Source: Macrostomum lignano (Eukaryota). Taken from it: DNA of 64,000 bases. Location: assembly GCA_002269645.1 (NCBI GenBank), contig NIVC01001023.1, forward strand, positions 248,001 to 312,000. Reading direction: 5' to 3'. The notes beneath the pieces were generated by a model. The model was not told where the DNA came from. It ran no database searches and saw only the letters and a program-made list of their open reading frames with translations. A program made the translations under genes and the position numbers. Positions 24,578-37,696 of the stretch are shown in pieces. Positions within the stretch are counted from its first letter, which is position 1, and each line of letters begins with the position of its first letter.

Positions 24578-25599
24578 TCGGGCTCGCTTTTGAAAACCCG
24601 CAGTGCCGAATATCAAAGGCAGTACATTTTACAGTCAACGAGAACGCACAGGCGCAATGCAAAGCAGTGAATGGTGTGAGCTGGGCAGGGTTGGCACTCA
24701 AGCAGTTTGTCTGTGCCGCTGTTGGGCAGCCATCAACCCCCCCCCCTCCAGAGCATTCGCTGCGAGTCTTCTTTTGTCACGCGTTCGCAGGCTGCTGGCT
24801 CGGCCCTCAAACCTCAGCTTCGCCATTGTCCTCTGGGCATTGAGCTCAGCTGGTCTGGAGCTGCTTGGACAGCTGGGGTCTGGGCGAGTAGAGGCCGCTG
24901 TTTTTTCCGCTCCTGTGTGAGCGCAAGTACAGCGCACAGCCCCAACCCCAGCCCTCAACTCATGGCTGGGCGAAGCACAGAGGAAGGAGAGACAGGAGAT
25001 GCAGAGGCCGCACACAGCAGCCCAGCTGCACACAGCGGTGCCTCATCAGCTCTGCCCCATTGTCCAAAAATCACTGCACAAATGTCATCAGCTGTAATAA
25101 TAAGCAGTAGGTTAAATTAATATACTACTACTGAAAATTTTGGCAGTAGCTAGTATAAACAAAAAAAGCAATTTGTAAGCAATAAAAAGGTAAAGCGTGA
25201 AACTGGTGATTTCAGAGCAGCACAAATATTCATGACAATTTTTTGAACATTCGCAATATAGCATGACCCATTCACCCTGCTGCACAAACTGAAATTTAAA
25301 ATATAAATAAATATATATCCAGCAATCAAACTTTGAAAAACTAACTTGTGCGATTAAACTGAGTGGCAGACAGCAGGGCAGTGCAAATTTCAGATAAAAA
25401 AGCTGTGTAAGAAAACGGCACTGCAAAAACATAAGTAGCAATGATGCAATGCACCTTCAGGGCATGCCAATGCAGTTCATGCGGGCGTCTTTGCAGTGGC
25501 TGATTGGGCACAAATTATTGAAAAATCACAAGGATCTGGCAGGCTGGCCCAGCAACTGAGGATCTGGCAGGCTGGCTGCCCAGCAATCCGAAAAGTGCT

Positions 25600-25950
25600 G
25601 TCAGCCCCACAGCGCTGAACTGAGCAGCCATACTCGTATGAAACGCACTCAAAGGCGAGACAATTAACGCTGCACCGAGCAGCCATATGAAACGCACTCA
25701 AAGGCGAGACAATTAACGCTCCACCGAGCAGCCATATGAAACGCACTCAAAGGCGAGACAATTAACACTGCACCGAGCAGCCATCTGAAACGCACTCAAA
25801 GGCGAGACAATTAACGCTGCACCGAGCAGCCATATGAAACGCACTCAAACTGAGCAGCCATATGAAACGCACTCAAACTGAGCAGCCATATGAAACGCAC
25901 TCAAACTGAGCAGCCATATGAAACGCACTCAAACTGAGCAGCCATATCAC
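25600..25950. repeat. Composite repeat: 49-bp units followed by a 28-bp deletion derivative (shared core CAGCCATATGAAACGCACTCAAA)
   Basis: Periods 49 (25681/25730) and 28 (25861/25889). Confidence 0.9.
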
Positions 25951-25960
25951 TCAAAGGCAG

Positions 25961-26569
25961 TCAGGAGCTCCTGCCTGTCCCATCCAGCAGCCGCTTGAGT
26001 CTTTGGTGCTCCGCCGGCTCCAGGAAGCCGATGAGCACGCGGTCCATGATGCGCACCGGGTGCCGCAGGAAGCCGAACACCCGCACGCTGCCGGGGGGCC
26101 GCAGCCGCACCGGCGGGTTGTTGCGGATCCGCCGGCTCCACCGCGATGCCTTCGCCACGGCGGCCTCGGTGGCCAGCCGCTGCTCGTCAACGTCTCTGGT
26201 CTGCAGGCTCACCTGGCGGAGCGCCGACAGGTCGAACTCGCGGCCGCGCTCGTCGCAGAAGAAGCTGAAGCTGGCCAGCGGCAGCAGGTGCGGCGCCAGG
26301 CTGACCCGGCGGGACTTGGCCTCCCGGCTCAGGCAGCCGTGCGAGTCCGCTCGACCGCCGCCGCTTCGCCTCCGATGAACTGCCGTCTGACCTCGTCGTC
26401 GCTCAGCGTCGTCTCCGACACCGTCTCGAAGACGGCGACGCTCGGCGTATTAGGGGAGACGGATGGTAGGTCGCTGGTTCGAATCTTCGATATTCGGGAT
26501 GCTGACGCTCCGCTCCAGCAAATGATGCAGAATGAGAGCAGCGAGGTGTCACTGACTGAGGTGGCAATG
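25961..26569 (-). CDS. Candidate terminal exon of an unidentified gene, with an apparent frameshift near 26350
   Basis: GC-rich, coding-like sequence. TTTAG acceptor at 26570-26571. Frame 1 reads IATSVSDTSLLSF...SDDEVRRQFIGGEAAAV; frame 2 reads DSHGCLSREAKSRRVSLAPHLLPL...RLKRLLDGTGRSS*. No family recognised. Confidence 0.4.
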
Positions 26570-26898
26570 CTAAATATTGGAATAAAATATTGCTCAGATT
26601 TTCATCGCACCTCTAGAATGATCAGCTCATTAAGAATGCTGCCGCTAAAATTAGCAATAAGAGCTCATTCTGGAGCTGAGCACGCCATGAACTCGTGAAA
26701 AACTTATTTCTATAATTTCCGGTTTCGAAGTTCGGTTTCAAATTTTTAAATTCTGGTTTTAAAATTTATTCTTTAACTTCCGTAGTGTGACAAAGGTTAG
26801 ACAACCTCGTCCCAGTCCCATTCCAACTCCTGTTAAAGTCCAAGTCCTGTCTCTGTCTACCCCAGTCTCATCTCCAGTCCCAGCCCCAGCCCATTAAA

Positions 26899-27290
26899 AA
26901 AGCCATGAGAAGACACGAGAAAAGCCATGAGAAGACACGAGAAAAGCCATGAGAAGACACGAGAAAAGCCATGAGAAGACACGAGAAAAGCCATGAGAAG
27001 ACACGAGAAAAGCCATGAGAAGACACGAGAAAAGCCATGAGAAGACACGAGAAAAGCCATGAGAAGACACGAGAAAAGCCATGAGAAGACACGAGAAAAG
27101 CCATGAGAAGACACGAGAAAAGCCATGAGAAGACACGAGAAAAGCCATGAGAAGACACGGGAAAACCATGAGAAGACACGAGAAAAGCCATGAGAAGACA
27201 CGAGAAAAACCATGAGAAGACACGAGAAAAACCATGAGAAGACACGAGAAAAGCCATGAGAAGACACGAGAAAAGCCATGAGAAGACAGG
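26899..27290. repeat. Minisatellite, 22-bp unit AGCCATGAGAAGACACGAGAAA
   Basis: Period 22. Confidence 0.95.
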
Positions 27291-27889
27291 CGACAACTCA
27301 GGAATATGAATAAATAACTGAGCACTAATAAACGCAATGGATGGTCATCGAAGATATTTATTCTATATAAATGTGCATGTCAACAGCTGGAGCTGAATAT
27401 TGAGCTGCCGTGAGACACACTCATTAATGTTTAATTAGCTTTCAGAGCCCTACTCATCAATACAAACAAATAAAAAGCGTATTTTACATAAAAGCGCATT
27501 TAACACTGTGCAGCTAACAAGATCCGGTTCACTAGCACTTTCGGAGTTGTGATACTTGGGTTTGTAATGAGCGATGTTATTTTGGGTTTGGAAGTGCGTT
27601 CAGCACAGCAGCGAAGGCGCGCACGCATTTGTGCCAAACCTGTGCCATGCCGCCAGAGTTGCAGAGCCTCACGACGATCTCGTGCTAAACCAGCTGATCT
27701 TTGGCATCTCATTAGCGAAGGTGCGCGAACGCCTCCTGCTGAGCGAGAGCTCACTCTGGACGGAGCAATCCAGATTGCCGCCAGCGTAGCAGCTGACGAC
27801 GGCTTCAGGAGATCAACGCCAAGAGAGCTTCAGAGGCCAGACAGCGCGACCAATGGCGAAATGCCTGAGATCATCGAATAGTCATCCAT

Positions 27890-28410
27890 GACTGCGGCTG
27901 CCTATTGTACATCGAATTTACCCCGGATCTCAGTTTGTTTCGCTCGGAGTTCACGGACTTCGTCAGCTCGCTCGGCATCAAGCACCGTCGCACTTCGCTC
28001 TACTGCCCACAGAAAGAATGGCGGATTCGAGAGGTTCAACGGCTTCATCAAGACCTCAGTGTGCGCGCCGACGCCCTGCCAGTGAAGCAGGTGGTTCAGG
28101 AGCTGCTGCTGGCGAATCGGTCATCCGAGCACGCGCTGACCAACAAGTCACCGGCTGAACTGATGCTGGGATGAAAGTTCTGCCTGCCACTGGGTCGTCT
28201 TCAACCAGCAAGCACCGAGTCAACGACGGACCAGGAGCCGCGGCGCAGCGCCAAGAAGCGACAGCAGCTGGCCAGGAGCCGCCGCCGGATGCGCAAGCGG
28301 AACACGATCACTCTGACCTTGACAGCCGCTGGAACATCAGCCGCTGCATTCCGGGTGACCACACGGCTTAGGGTGACGGCACAGCTGCCATCTAGATTGC
28401 GGAGATGTCT
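27890..28410 (+). mobile_element. Decayed Ty3/Gypsy integrase fragment
   Basis: FRSEFTDFVSSLGIKHRRTSLYCPQK/NGGFERFNGFIK then NKSPAELMLG across frameshifts. Ends with PSRL, a PPT-like GCGGAGA and TGT at 28406. Confidence 0.75.
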
Positions 28411-28429
28411 TAGTGTCTTAGTGTCTTAG

Positions 28430-28505
<76 letters not shown>
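28406..28505. repeat. (TGTCTTAG)3 followed by a (GTCT)n microsatellite
   Basis: Directly visible. Confidence 0.95.
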
Positions 28506-28823
28506 GAATCCAAATAACTTAGCTGAGTATATTCACAGGCCTTGGCCCACTTGCATACCACTGCAGAGCATCCACAGTGCTTTGGAGGACGCAATTAACC
28601 ATTATGTGGAAATCTCACTTATAAAATATTTTAAACTTCACCAGCGCATTTGATAAATCAGTGGCCGCTGCAACATGATTTTAAAACTTTTTCAATCCAT
28701 TCTCACTTCCACTCACAACTGGCAAAATTTTATTGTTCAGAGCGACGATTTTACCTGTTTGGCGTGACTAACCTTGCTTTTACTATGTAGCAGTGCTTTG
28801 CTTTTAATTTTACTTGATAAGGT

Positions 28824-30181
28824 TTGTCTGTCAGCTGTGCGGGTGTCAGCTGTGCGGGTGTCAGCTGTGTGGGTGTCAGCTGTGTGGGTGTCAGCTGTGT
28901 GGGTGTCAGCTGTGTGGGTGTCAGCTGTGTGGGTGTCAGCTGTGTGGGTGTCAGCTGTGTGGGTGTCAGCTGTGTGGGTGTCAGCTGTGTGGGTGTCAGC
29001 TGTGTCAGTTGTGTGGGTGTCAGTTGTGTGGGTGTCAGCTGTGTGGGTGTCAGCTGTGTCAGCTGTGTGGGTGTCAGCTGTGTGAGTGTCAGCTGTGTTG
29101 GTGTCAGCTGTGTGGGTTTCAGCTGTGTGGGTGTCAGCTGTGTGGGTGTCAGCTGTGTGGGTGTCAGCTGTGTCAGCTGTGTGGGTGTCAGCTGTGTGGG
29201 TGTCAGCTGTGTGGGTGTCAGCTGTGTCAGTTGTGTGGGTGTCAGTTGTGTGGGTGTCAGCTGTGTGGGTGTCAGCTGTGTCAGCTGTGTGGGTGTCAGC
29301 TGTGTGAGTGTCAGCTGTGTTGGTGTCAGCTGTGTGGGTTTCAGCTGTGTGGGTGTCAGCTGTGTGGGTGTCAGCTGTGTGGGTGTCAGCTGTGTCAGTT
29401 GTGTGGGTGTCAGATGTGTGGGTGTCAGCTGTGTGGGTGTCAGCTGTGTCAGCTGTGTGGGTGTCAGCTGTGTGAGTGTCAGCTGTGTGGGTGTCAGCTG
29501 TGTGGGTGTCAGCTGTGTGGGTGTCAGCTGTGTGGGTGTCAGCTGTGTGGGTGTCAGCTGTGTGGGTGTCAGCTGTGTGGGTGTCAGCTGTGTCAGTTGT
29601 GTGGGTGTCAGATGTGTGGGTGTCAGCTGTGTGGGTGTCAGCTGTGTCAGCTGTGTGGGTGTCAGCTGTGTGAGTGTCAGCTGTGTGGGTGTCAGCTGTG
29701 TGGGTGTCAGCTGTGTGAGTGTCAGCTGTGTGGGTGTCAGCTGTGTGGGTGTCAGCTGTGTGAGTGTCAGCTGTGTGGGTGTCAGCTGTGTGGGTGTCAG
29801 CTGTGTGAGTGTCAGCTGTGTGGGTGTCAGCTGTGTGGGTGCCAGCTGTGTGGGTATCAGCTGTGTGAGTGTCAGCTGTGCGGGTGTCAGCTGTGTGGGT
29901 GTCAGCTGTGTGAGTGTCAGCTGTGTGGGTGTCAGTTGTGTGGGTGTCAGCTGTGTGAGTGTCAGCTGTGCGGGTGTCAGTTGTGTGGGTGTCAGTTGTG
30001 TGGGTGTCAGCTGTGTGGGTGTCAGCTGTGTGGGTGTCAGCTGTGTGGGTGTCAGCTGTGTGGGTGTCAGTTGTGTGGGTGTCAGCTGTGTGGGTGTCAG
30101 CTGTGTGGGGGTCAGCTGTGTGGGTGTCAGCTGTGTGGGTGTCAGCTGTGTGGGTGTCAGTTGTGTGGGTGTCAGCTGTGT
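28824..30181. repeat. Minisatellite, 15-bp unit GTCAGCTGTGTGGGT with 9-bp truncated units
   Basis: Directly visible; internal 222-bp block duplication (29085/29307). Confidence 0.97.
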
Positions 30182-30959
30182 TACAATGCTGTAGATTTAA
30201 GCATTAAAATAAACAGCTTTGCAAGGCTCTCTCGATTGTTTCAATAAAAATTAAGCTCACATTCATATTCATATTCAGATGCTAACGAAGCGCCCAGACG
30301 GGCCAGTGAGCAGTGATTTATGAGCAATTAAATTTATTATCATGCACTCATATTAACGTACAATCCACTGCAAGATTCACTCAAGCAAAACTTATTAGCT
30401 AAACCAAATAATAGTATTTCCCATTGTTAGAGTTTCAATCGCGATTCTTCAATCTTTGTAAAATGTTTCTTTTACTTGTTTAATTAATGATAATATACTT
30501 GGCGATGCCAAAATTTTACTAATCAATCTATTTTGTAGTAGACATTGTGGGTCCTTACCTGCTTCATTTTACTTCGCGAAATCGGCCCCGACATTGGCGC
30601 AGACCAGCATTCTCCATAACTGCATCCATCATCTTTGTTGCCCTGCTGGCTCGCTATCGCAAAGATGCCTTCAGAACCGTCTGGTCTCCCTGTCAAAGAA
30701 TTTGCGTTCTGTGCTCGAGCGCTCTTCTCAAACAGGGATTTCAAAGATGAATTATAGAAGAGCGGGAAATTTGTTGAGACTCTTTGGGGTTGACATCATA
30801 GGCACGCATGAAATGAAAGCATGGAATGTTTTGCCTTTTCAAAGACGTGTAGAAACTGGGGTCGGATCGGGTGCCCAACCAATGTACTACTATTTATGTG
30901 CCAATTGTTGCTAAATTTAGCAGAATCGATTGGTTTGAGTCACTGGTTAGCCAACCAAC

Positions 30960-31930
30960 AAGATAAACAAGAACGGAGGAAAATATGCGCAAAGCCGCGG
31001 ACATTGGTCGCTAGGGCTGTTATTCCAGTCTTCAGATCATCCAGTCTTCCAATCTGCGTTCTTCCAGTCCTCCGATGTTGCATCTTCCAGTTTTTCGGGT
31101 CTTCCGGTCTTCCTGTCTACCACTCTTCCCACCTTCCAGTCTACCACCTTAGCCTAAAGTCTATGCCAACGAGGTTTTTAAGTGCCAGTATTTAAGGCTC
31201 TGGTTTTTAACTGCACGAAAGGCTGGCGGTTTTGCGTAAAGTTGCATCACGCTAGTGGGTATACGGACTGCCATTCATCGCTTCTTGCTTGCCTGGCGGG
31301 GCTGTCACTGATCGATAGGCCAGAATTCTTTGAGTTGAATAAGACTGTCAGGGCAACTGACGACGGTGACTTAGGCAAGCTGTCTGCGTACTTTGACCAG
31401 GCTGACCCAAATTAGTTGCAACAAGCGGTGTTCTTCCTGATCGTTTACCATTTTGAATTCAGGGGACGTGAGTGATTACACCTTTCAACAAAAAGGATGT
31501 TGTCGTGAGTTGCCGCGATGAAGAAGTGAAATGCATCGACCTCGTAAAGGGAAAAAGAAGGATAACGTCTCGGCAAAGAGTAAAAGTACGAGTAAGAGGC
31601 AGCAAATAGGCATATTTCTGGTGACTGAAAAGGCCGAATGTCCTGTTGAAGAAATGAATCTTTACTTGTCAAAGCCGTCAGAGGAGAATCCAAATGAAAC
31701 GATGAGGAGTGTTAGTGACCGAAGGAAGTTCTAGACAAGAGCAGCCTGGCTAAACTAATGAAATTACTCGTAATACAAGCTATCTAAAGCTGCCGACCTT
31801 TCTCAATCGTCCAGTACCCATTCGATCGACCGTGATCATGACCTTGTCGGAACGAGGATTCAATCCCGAGCGGATTCAGGGCGTCTCCGGCGACAAGAAA
31901 GCAAAGTGTCGTTAGTTACGCCAAGCCTAT
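30960..31930 (+). mobile_element. Decayed Crypton-type (DUF3504) tyrosine recombinase
   Basis: In order across stops and frameshifts: KNGGKYAQS, IRTAIHRFL, IDRPEFFELNKTVRA, LQQAVFFLIVYHFEFRGRE, CPVEEMNLYLSKP, THSI(R)STVIMTLSERGFNPERIQGVSG(D)K..SY. These match YR boxes R...HxxR...GH...Y as found in Crypton/DUF3504 proteins. Confidence 0.72.
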
Positions 31931-33327
31931 CTCAATGGAAAAAAGCGCACGCTTTCGATTGCAACGACACCTGGCTTGCATCAACCCAAAAGAGACTGGA
32001 TGCCGTACTCCTGCCAAAGCGAGTGGCGCTGGACCTGAAGGTGGCACCTGCTTCCACCACTGTTGAACTACCTGCTTCTATAGTGCGTTTCAGGTCGCGT
32101 CTGCAACCGCGTCGTTTGAGTCGACTGAGAGCTATCTGGAGTCAACTGTTGTGTTGGATAATTAGAAGGCATCAAGTGTTTTATAAACACGTAAGTAGAA
32201 GTGGTTTAAAGTGGTTTAGGTAACTCAGTACTGTCATTTGTTCTATGTTTTATGGTTACATCGAAATTTTTCTAATCAATTATATGCTGGTTTAATAATG
32301 CGCTCTCTAACATACATGTGAAACTGTTGTGAAACTGTTGATTCATGCAAGCTAAACGTAGTCTATGTTAATAAACGGATTAAAGGGGGCAAGTATGTCA
32401 TGGTACAATGTCGGCCATAGACTGGGTTTTAAACTATGCAACAGGAGACAATTTCTTTCCACGACCACAGTCATTAGAAGTTTTCGAGTCGAAAAATGTG
32501 ATGTATGGCGTAAAATATCTGTGCTCATTAATGGAACACATCAGTGAAGTGTGTTCCCTCTCGTAGCTATACAAGAATCATTGCATTCGCGTCACGCGTA
32601 TCCCAGGCACCTATTTGACACGTGGTCACTTGTTATTTGTAATGATTTATCGCCCGACAGGGATTGAGCATTGAAGAAAGTCTCGACATCCGTGAGCACC
32701 TGTATTCAACGTCAAGTGTCGGACCAATGACCACAGTATGTCATAACAGGACAATCAAGATCGTGTAATTTTTTTAGGAGAGACTCCTGGAATAAATACA
32801 CTGCAAAGATAGGAAATATCGTTATTTTATCAAAAAATGATTGCATTCGACCTGGGGCAGTGAAGATTACCATTGTTTAGTTTAGCATGTACATCATGTG
32901 AGAAGTGTCAAACGGTTCGCTAACCTGTTGATCCACAAATGCTGTCCATACGAGTACATGCATACGCGTTCGAATAAGATTACACGTACGTACCCAATCA
33001 AGGTAAAAAATTTCCAATAATTGAAACATGTTCATTCACATTATATACTCGTCTAAAATAATTTACAATAAATACATAAAAGCAGTATGCCAAGAGTAAA
33101 GAGTCAACAGGTCATTTGGTAATAAATGAATTTGTTATTGTACGAACGAAACTGTTATTGAAACAATCAATATGTCAGCATATTTAAACAAGCTATATAT
33201 TTCATGAGAGTATGCATATGCATATATCCAAGTAATGTATATTCAGGAGAGTTCCAGGCTCCACCAATCCAGCTCGGTCTTCTCCCGCAGGAGACTCTGC
33301 CACAGCAGTGCGGGGTGGCAGCGGCCG

Positions 33328-33657
33328 TCACTGCTTGCACACAGCGGCCAGCAGGGCCAGAGCCGCGGTCAGCAGGAGGCCGCTGGGACCGAACTGCCTC
33401 GGCGAAGAGTTGCACAGGTCGGTGTCGCAGCACCAGCTTTTGCTGGTGGCCACGCAGGCAGGGGCAGCCGTGCGGCCGATGACGCCAGCCGCTTTAACCT
33501 TGACGCAGTAGCTGCCGCTGACAGTCTGGGTGCTGCTGGAGACGGAGCTGCAGTCTGCGCAGTCGTAGCACTTGACGGCGTCGGCCGGAGCGGGCAGAAG
33601 GCAGACGGAGGCCAGGAGGCCGAGTGTTGCCAGGCGGTGCACTTGGTGAGGCTGCAT
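33328..33657 (-). CDS. Ly6/uPAR (three-finger) GPI-anchored protein, single coding exon, 109 aa
   Basis: Signal peptide MQPHQVHRLATLGLLASVCLLPAPADA, then VKCYDC...CCDTDLCN (8 Cys) and a hydrophobic C-terminal GPI-type signal. Confidence 0.88.
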   Translation of the reverse strand: MQPHQVHRLATLGLLASVCLLPAPADAVKCYDCADCSSVSSSTQTVSGSYCVKVKAAGVIGRTAAPACVATSKSWCCDTDLCNSSPRQFGPSGLLLTAALALLAAVCKQ

Positions 33658-34878
33658 GCTGATGGTAGGTGATGTCTCACTGAGGCGGGCTGCTGAGTGT
33701 TGGCTTAAATAGATGCGACCAGCCCTCCGCGCCAACCCCAGGTACCGAGGTGCAGTGTGAGCGTGTTGCCTATGCTCAGCCAGTTTAGAATTATTGCAGC
33801 TTGCAGCAACCCCGGCTTGGCCCAGCGGAGGGGAGGGGGGGTTGATGCCGCCTGCACCCCGCAATTCTACCCCGGCCGGAAAGGACGGGCCAATCGGAGA
33901 GCGGCCTGAGCACAGGCACGTGGTGCTACCCATGGGAAACAGCCACCCCAGACCCAGGGCCAGCCGCAACAAGTCTGGTTTGAACGGCTCCAAGACTGGT
34001 ATTATGCTTATTTTGTGATAAAAAGATGCCAAATTAAGTCACATGTTATAGTTGGGCTGGGGCTGACTTTTATTGAACGTAGCGAGGCATCAGTCAGTGC
34101 TGACGCAATTTAATTGGCGGTGAATTTAGTTCAGTCAAGAGTTCATAAAACTCGTTTTTTGAATGGATAGTAACAGCTCTGAACAATCAAATGAAAAAAC
34201 TGCGCGTCGAATGAAAAGGTCGGGTTGAAAACGACCGAGTTTTAAAGGTAAAATGTGCCAACAATCAAAGACACATTCACAGATTTTGGCGCATGACAAG
34301 CAGCTCAAGAAACAGCTCGCAAAGAACCTGAAATCCTTAAACCACTTAATTAAAAGTTACAATGAAAGAATGCTTTTTCTCTTCAGCTAATGGATTATTT
34401 CCAAGGGCCTAGAGATCACAAAGTTAACTAAGTATACTCAGCAACATTGAAAAGCCGCCATCACAGAAGATTCCGTCTGTGGTCGCCACTTTTGAGAGTG
34501 CAGGTAAAGTCTCTCAATCCTGGGAGTGGCGCAACTCAGCTACACCACGGCAGACTTGAGTTGAGGAATGAAGTGGAGGGAGAATATTTATTTCTAATGT
34601 AGTAAAAATTAAAAAATACAGCAGATTTATTAACAGAATAAACATTTTCACCCAGCACACTTTGCATGTTAATTAGATTTGAGCTGTGCAAAACTGGAGC
34701 AGCTCCAATCGCTGGCGTCTGGAATGTGAAACTCTGAGAGTGTCTTGAATAAATATTTTAGTCAAAAAGGTTCGGACAAAAAACTACTTCACGAGCTAAT
34801 TCAAAAAATCACTATTTAGTATTGGAAAGTTCAGTTTAATAAACATGAGTAGGTGCAGCTCCTTCCAGGTGAGAATCA

Positions 34879-36118
34879 CTACTCTATGTCAAATGGTGAC
34901 AGGCATTCACAAAACGCGCCATCTATGTAGTCATGTTTGTTCCTCAGAGATATCGGACAGTCGTTCATCAATGGAATGGTGTTCCATCTGCAGGCATAAT
35001 TCTCAGATTTCCCAGCGTTATCAGGCTGTCCTTTCTGCCACAGATTGGGATCAATGGGGATCCGGCAGGTGTGCCAAAACCAGCCGCCTGCTGGTTCCCT
35101 GCTCCCGGGATCTTGACTGCCTCCGAGGAAAAAACTGAAATGTTGACCCCGTCGCCGTCTGAACCATCTGTCATGCAGCCCTGCCAAGTAAAAATACTTG
35201 GCCCTGTCGATCGGCTCGGCCATGATGGTGAGTCCCCGCTCCGCGTTGCAGCTGGCCAAGGCCGAGTCCCAGCGATGCGAGCGCGTCCGAACGAACTTGT
35301 ACTTCACGCCACACCTGGCGAAGGTAGAGAAGCGTTATCGCCTTTGATTCTCGTAACAAGGGCATTCTCGATGCATTTGTATTAGCCTGGGGCTATCCGT
35401 GGAACATAAATTCATGAAGACCAACCCGAAAGCACAGAGTGACAGAGCATTGAGGGCGGCCGTGCACCTCATGTGACTGTGTCATTCCCTGCGTACCCAA
35501 GGGTTCACTAAATGGGTTAGCAAAGCTGGAACACTTCCTCCTCGGTGGCTGGCACACAGGAAACCCAAAAGACCTACCAGGGCGCTAAGCGAAACAAAAA
35601 CGCACGCACCTGTCGTGATGAAAGTCGGCCGGACACAAGGTGCCCGGTCGCAAGCCCGGCTGTCGCCTCACGTACAGCTTGGCGACGCGATTGCAGCTGC
35701 ACTTGCGCACGTTCTTGCTGCACTTGTCAAACAAAAACAGTCTGCAGTGTCCACCCATCGTTGTGAAGGCTTGGCAGGTCTTGAATAAATTGCAGACTGC
35801 TGCGCATCTCTTGCGCGATTTTATGAAAACGAACCTGAAGACGTACTTGGACTCGATGCAGTCCCGGCCGAAAACTGGATGGTAGTTTTTCAGATAAGCT
35901 GGCTTGTCTGAAGCTGGCTTGTCTGAATCTGGCTGGTCTGAAATCGGTTCAGAGCGGTATCAGAGGCTTGCACAAAGCTATCTGTGCGGTACCTGGTTCA
36001 AAGAAGATTATACTCTTGGAAAACCTTCTTATTAGCTCTCACCTGCCCAGTCAGCGGCTGCAATCAGGCTCAGGGCGAGAACAGCCAGTCCGATGGCGAG
36101 CTTGTTATAATTGCTCAT
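34879..36118 (-). CDS. Secreted PAN/Apple + C-type lectin protein, paralog 1 (QPD motif)
   Basis: Exons 36118-36043 (signal peptide), 35937-35610 (CAAVCNLFKTCQAFT...C, PAN-like) and 35314-34879 (CTLD: WDSALASC, FLGG, WQKGQPDN, MNDC, FCEC). Phases 1 and 2 are consistent. Confidence 0.85.
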
Positions 36119-36901
36119 GTTGGGCAGCAATTTTCCGGATTGAATTGAGACGCGGTGGTTTTTACGCTTTGAGTATTTGTATTTTCCAGATAGAATGCTT
36201 CTTGAGCAGTGCGGTAGCCACTGCTTATTGCACAAATACTGCTGTGAATTCACCTGTATATATATTCTATAATTCAGAAATAATTCACGGATATGCAAGG
36301 GAGATGAAAGCAAAATATCTGCCTTTCTCACATGCAGAAAGCGTTAGTCTCCCGGTTTTGTTCAGGCCGGATATCTTGGATTTACGAACTCGTAAATTCG
36401 CGGCATCCTGTGTGGAATATCCCGGCTTCTTAGCATATTTAATAACACAATGAGAGCGCCAAAGTGAGTGCACTAATTCTGTTTGAGCTTGGAATAGGTG
36501 TACAGTTTATTTTTGGGCTGGAGTGGAGAGAGATGGAGTGGAGAGAGAAGAAATAAGAGATGGTCGCGCGCTTCACCTTGGCATGATGCTGTGATGCCCA
36601 AGAAGCGACGAGATGAAATTCTTTCAAATGCGTTAGCCATTTTTTCCAACTTGCAATAGTGGCAGCACAAGGACCACTAGAAGATACTTGGACGCAACAC
36701 TAAAATATTGCAAAGTATTTGAAGGCTCACTTGTTTGCATTGCAGCTAAGAATTATGTGCTCATAACTGTGTATCAGCTGCGCTTGAAATGATGACATTT
36801 CGCTAGTTTTTTTTAATTTTATTGTCTTTAAGACTGCCTAGCGTCTAAATCTTAGCCCTATGCTGACTAGGCTGAAAAGAAAAGTAAATGCACTTCATAT
36901 A

Positions 36902-37696
36902 TCAAAGCAGGATGCCACACCGTCGGAAGAAGACAGCTGTGATGACCTTGCGGACACTTCTCTCGCGTAGGAATGTGATGGGGTCATCCTTCTCGAAGGC
37001 AATCCACTGCTTGCTCTGGGATTTCGTCTCTAAGCCAAAAAAGTGAACACAAGTTTCATCTCCAGTCAGAATATTGTCCACCCAGTTTGAAGCGCCTGCA
37101 TCAAATTTGTTGAGCATGAAGTTCGCGAACTCAACACGAGCTTGCATCTGGGTCGGGTTCAAATGATGGGGCACCCAACGCGCAGACACTTTCCTCATGC
37201 CCAGATGATCATCCAAGATGGAAATGGCGCTTGAATCCGAAATTCCGACATTTTTCTTGATTTCGCGATCCGTCACTCGTCGATCTTCATCGAGCAGTCT
37301 TCGGACGCTGGCCACTGATGCGTTCGTAATAGTCGAATTGTTCATCATCGTCCAGCTCTAGGCGGCCAGAACGGGAACGACCAAACCGCTTGTACACCAT
37401 CGTCTGGGTTGGGGCTTCATCACCCAATGCTTTTTGAAGCATCTGCAGGCACTCAGGGGCAGATTGGCCAAGTCGAAATTGAACAAGAATTGCGACTCGT
37501 CTGTCACCCTCTGTCAATCGCAGGACAGGGTCTGGTGTTGTATCACTTTTTCGTCCACTGCGTCATCGCATTTTAGTGAAAGGTGCTGAAAATTGACATG
37601 AAAGACTTTAATATCTACTGAAAGAAGTGCATAAAATCTTGTTCTATTTGCTTAAAAGGAAGTTCAATTTTCTGCGAACGTATTTAGCAACCCTCT
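36902..37696 (-). mobile_element. 3'-truncated mariner transposon with a frameshifted transposase
   Basis: HTH region (AILVQFRLGQSAPECLQMLQKALGDEAP), then KVSARWVPHHL and ILTGDETCVHFF. A TIR-like TAGAGGGTTGCTAAATA occurs at the 5' end (about 37681-37697). The rest of the catalytic triad and the second TIR are missing. Confidence 0.88.

Noticed and set aside
19300-24843. 1847-, 1759- and 726-aa ORFs
   Set aside because: They are translations of the 36-bp satellite, open in all three + frames because the monomer has no stop codon, and they change register at single-base indels.
31010-31258. Helitron-like end (CTAG after a weak hairpin) in the insert within the Crypton
   Set aside because: The hairpin is weak and there is no second copy in the window.
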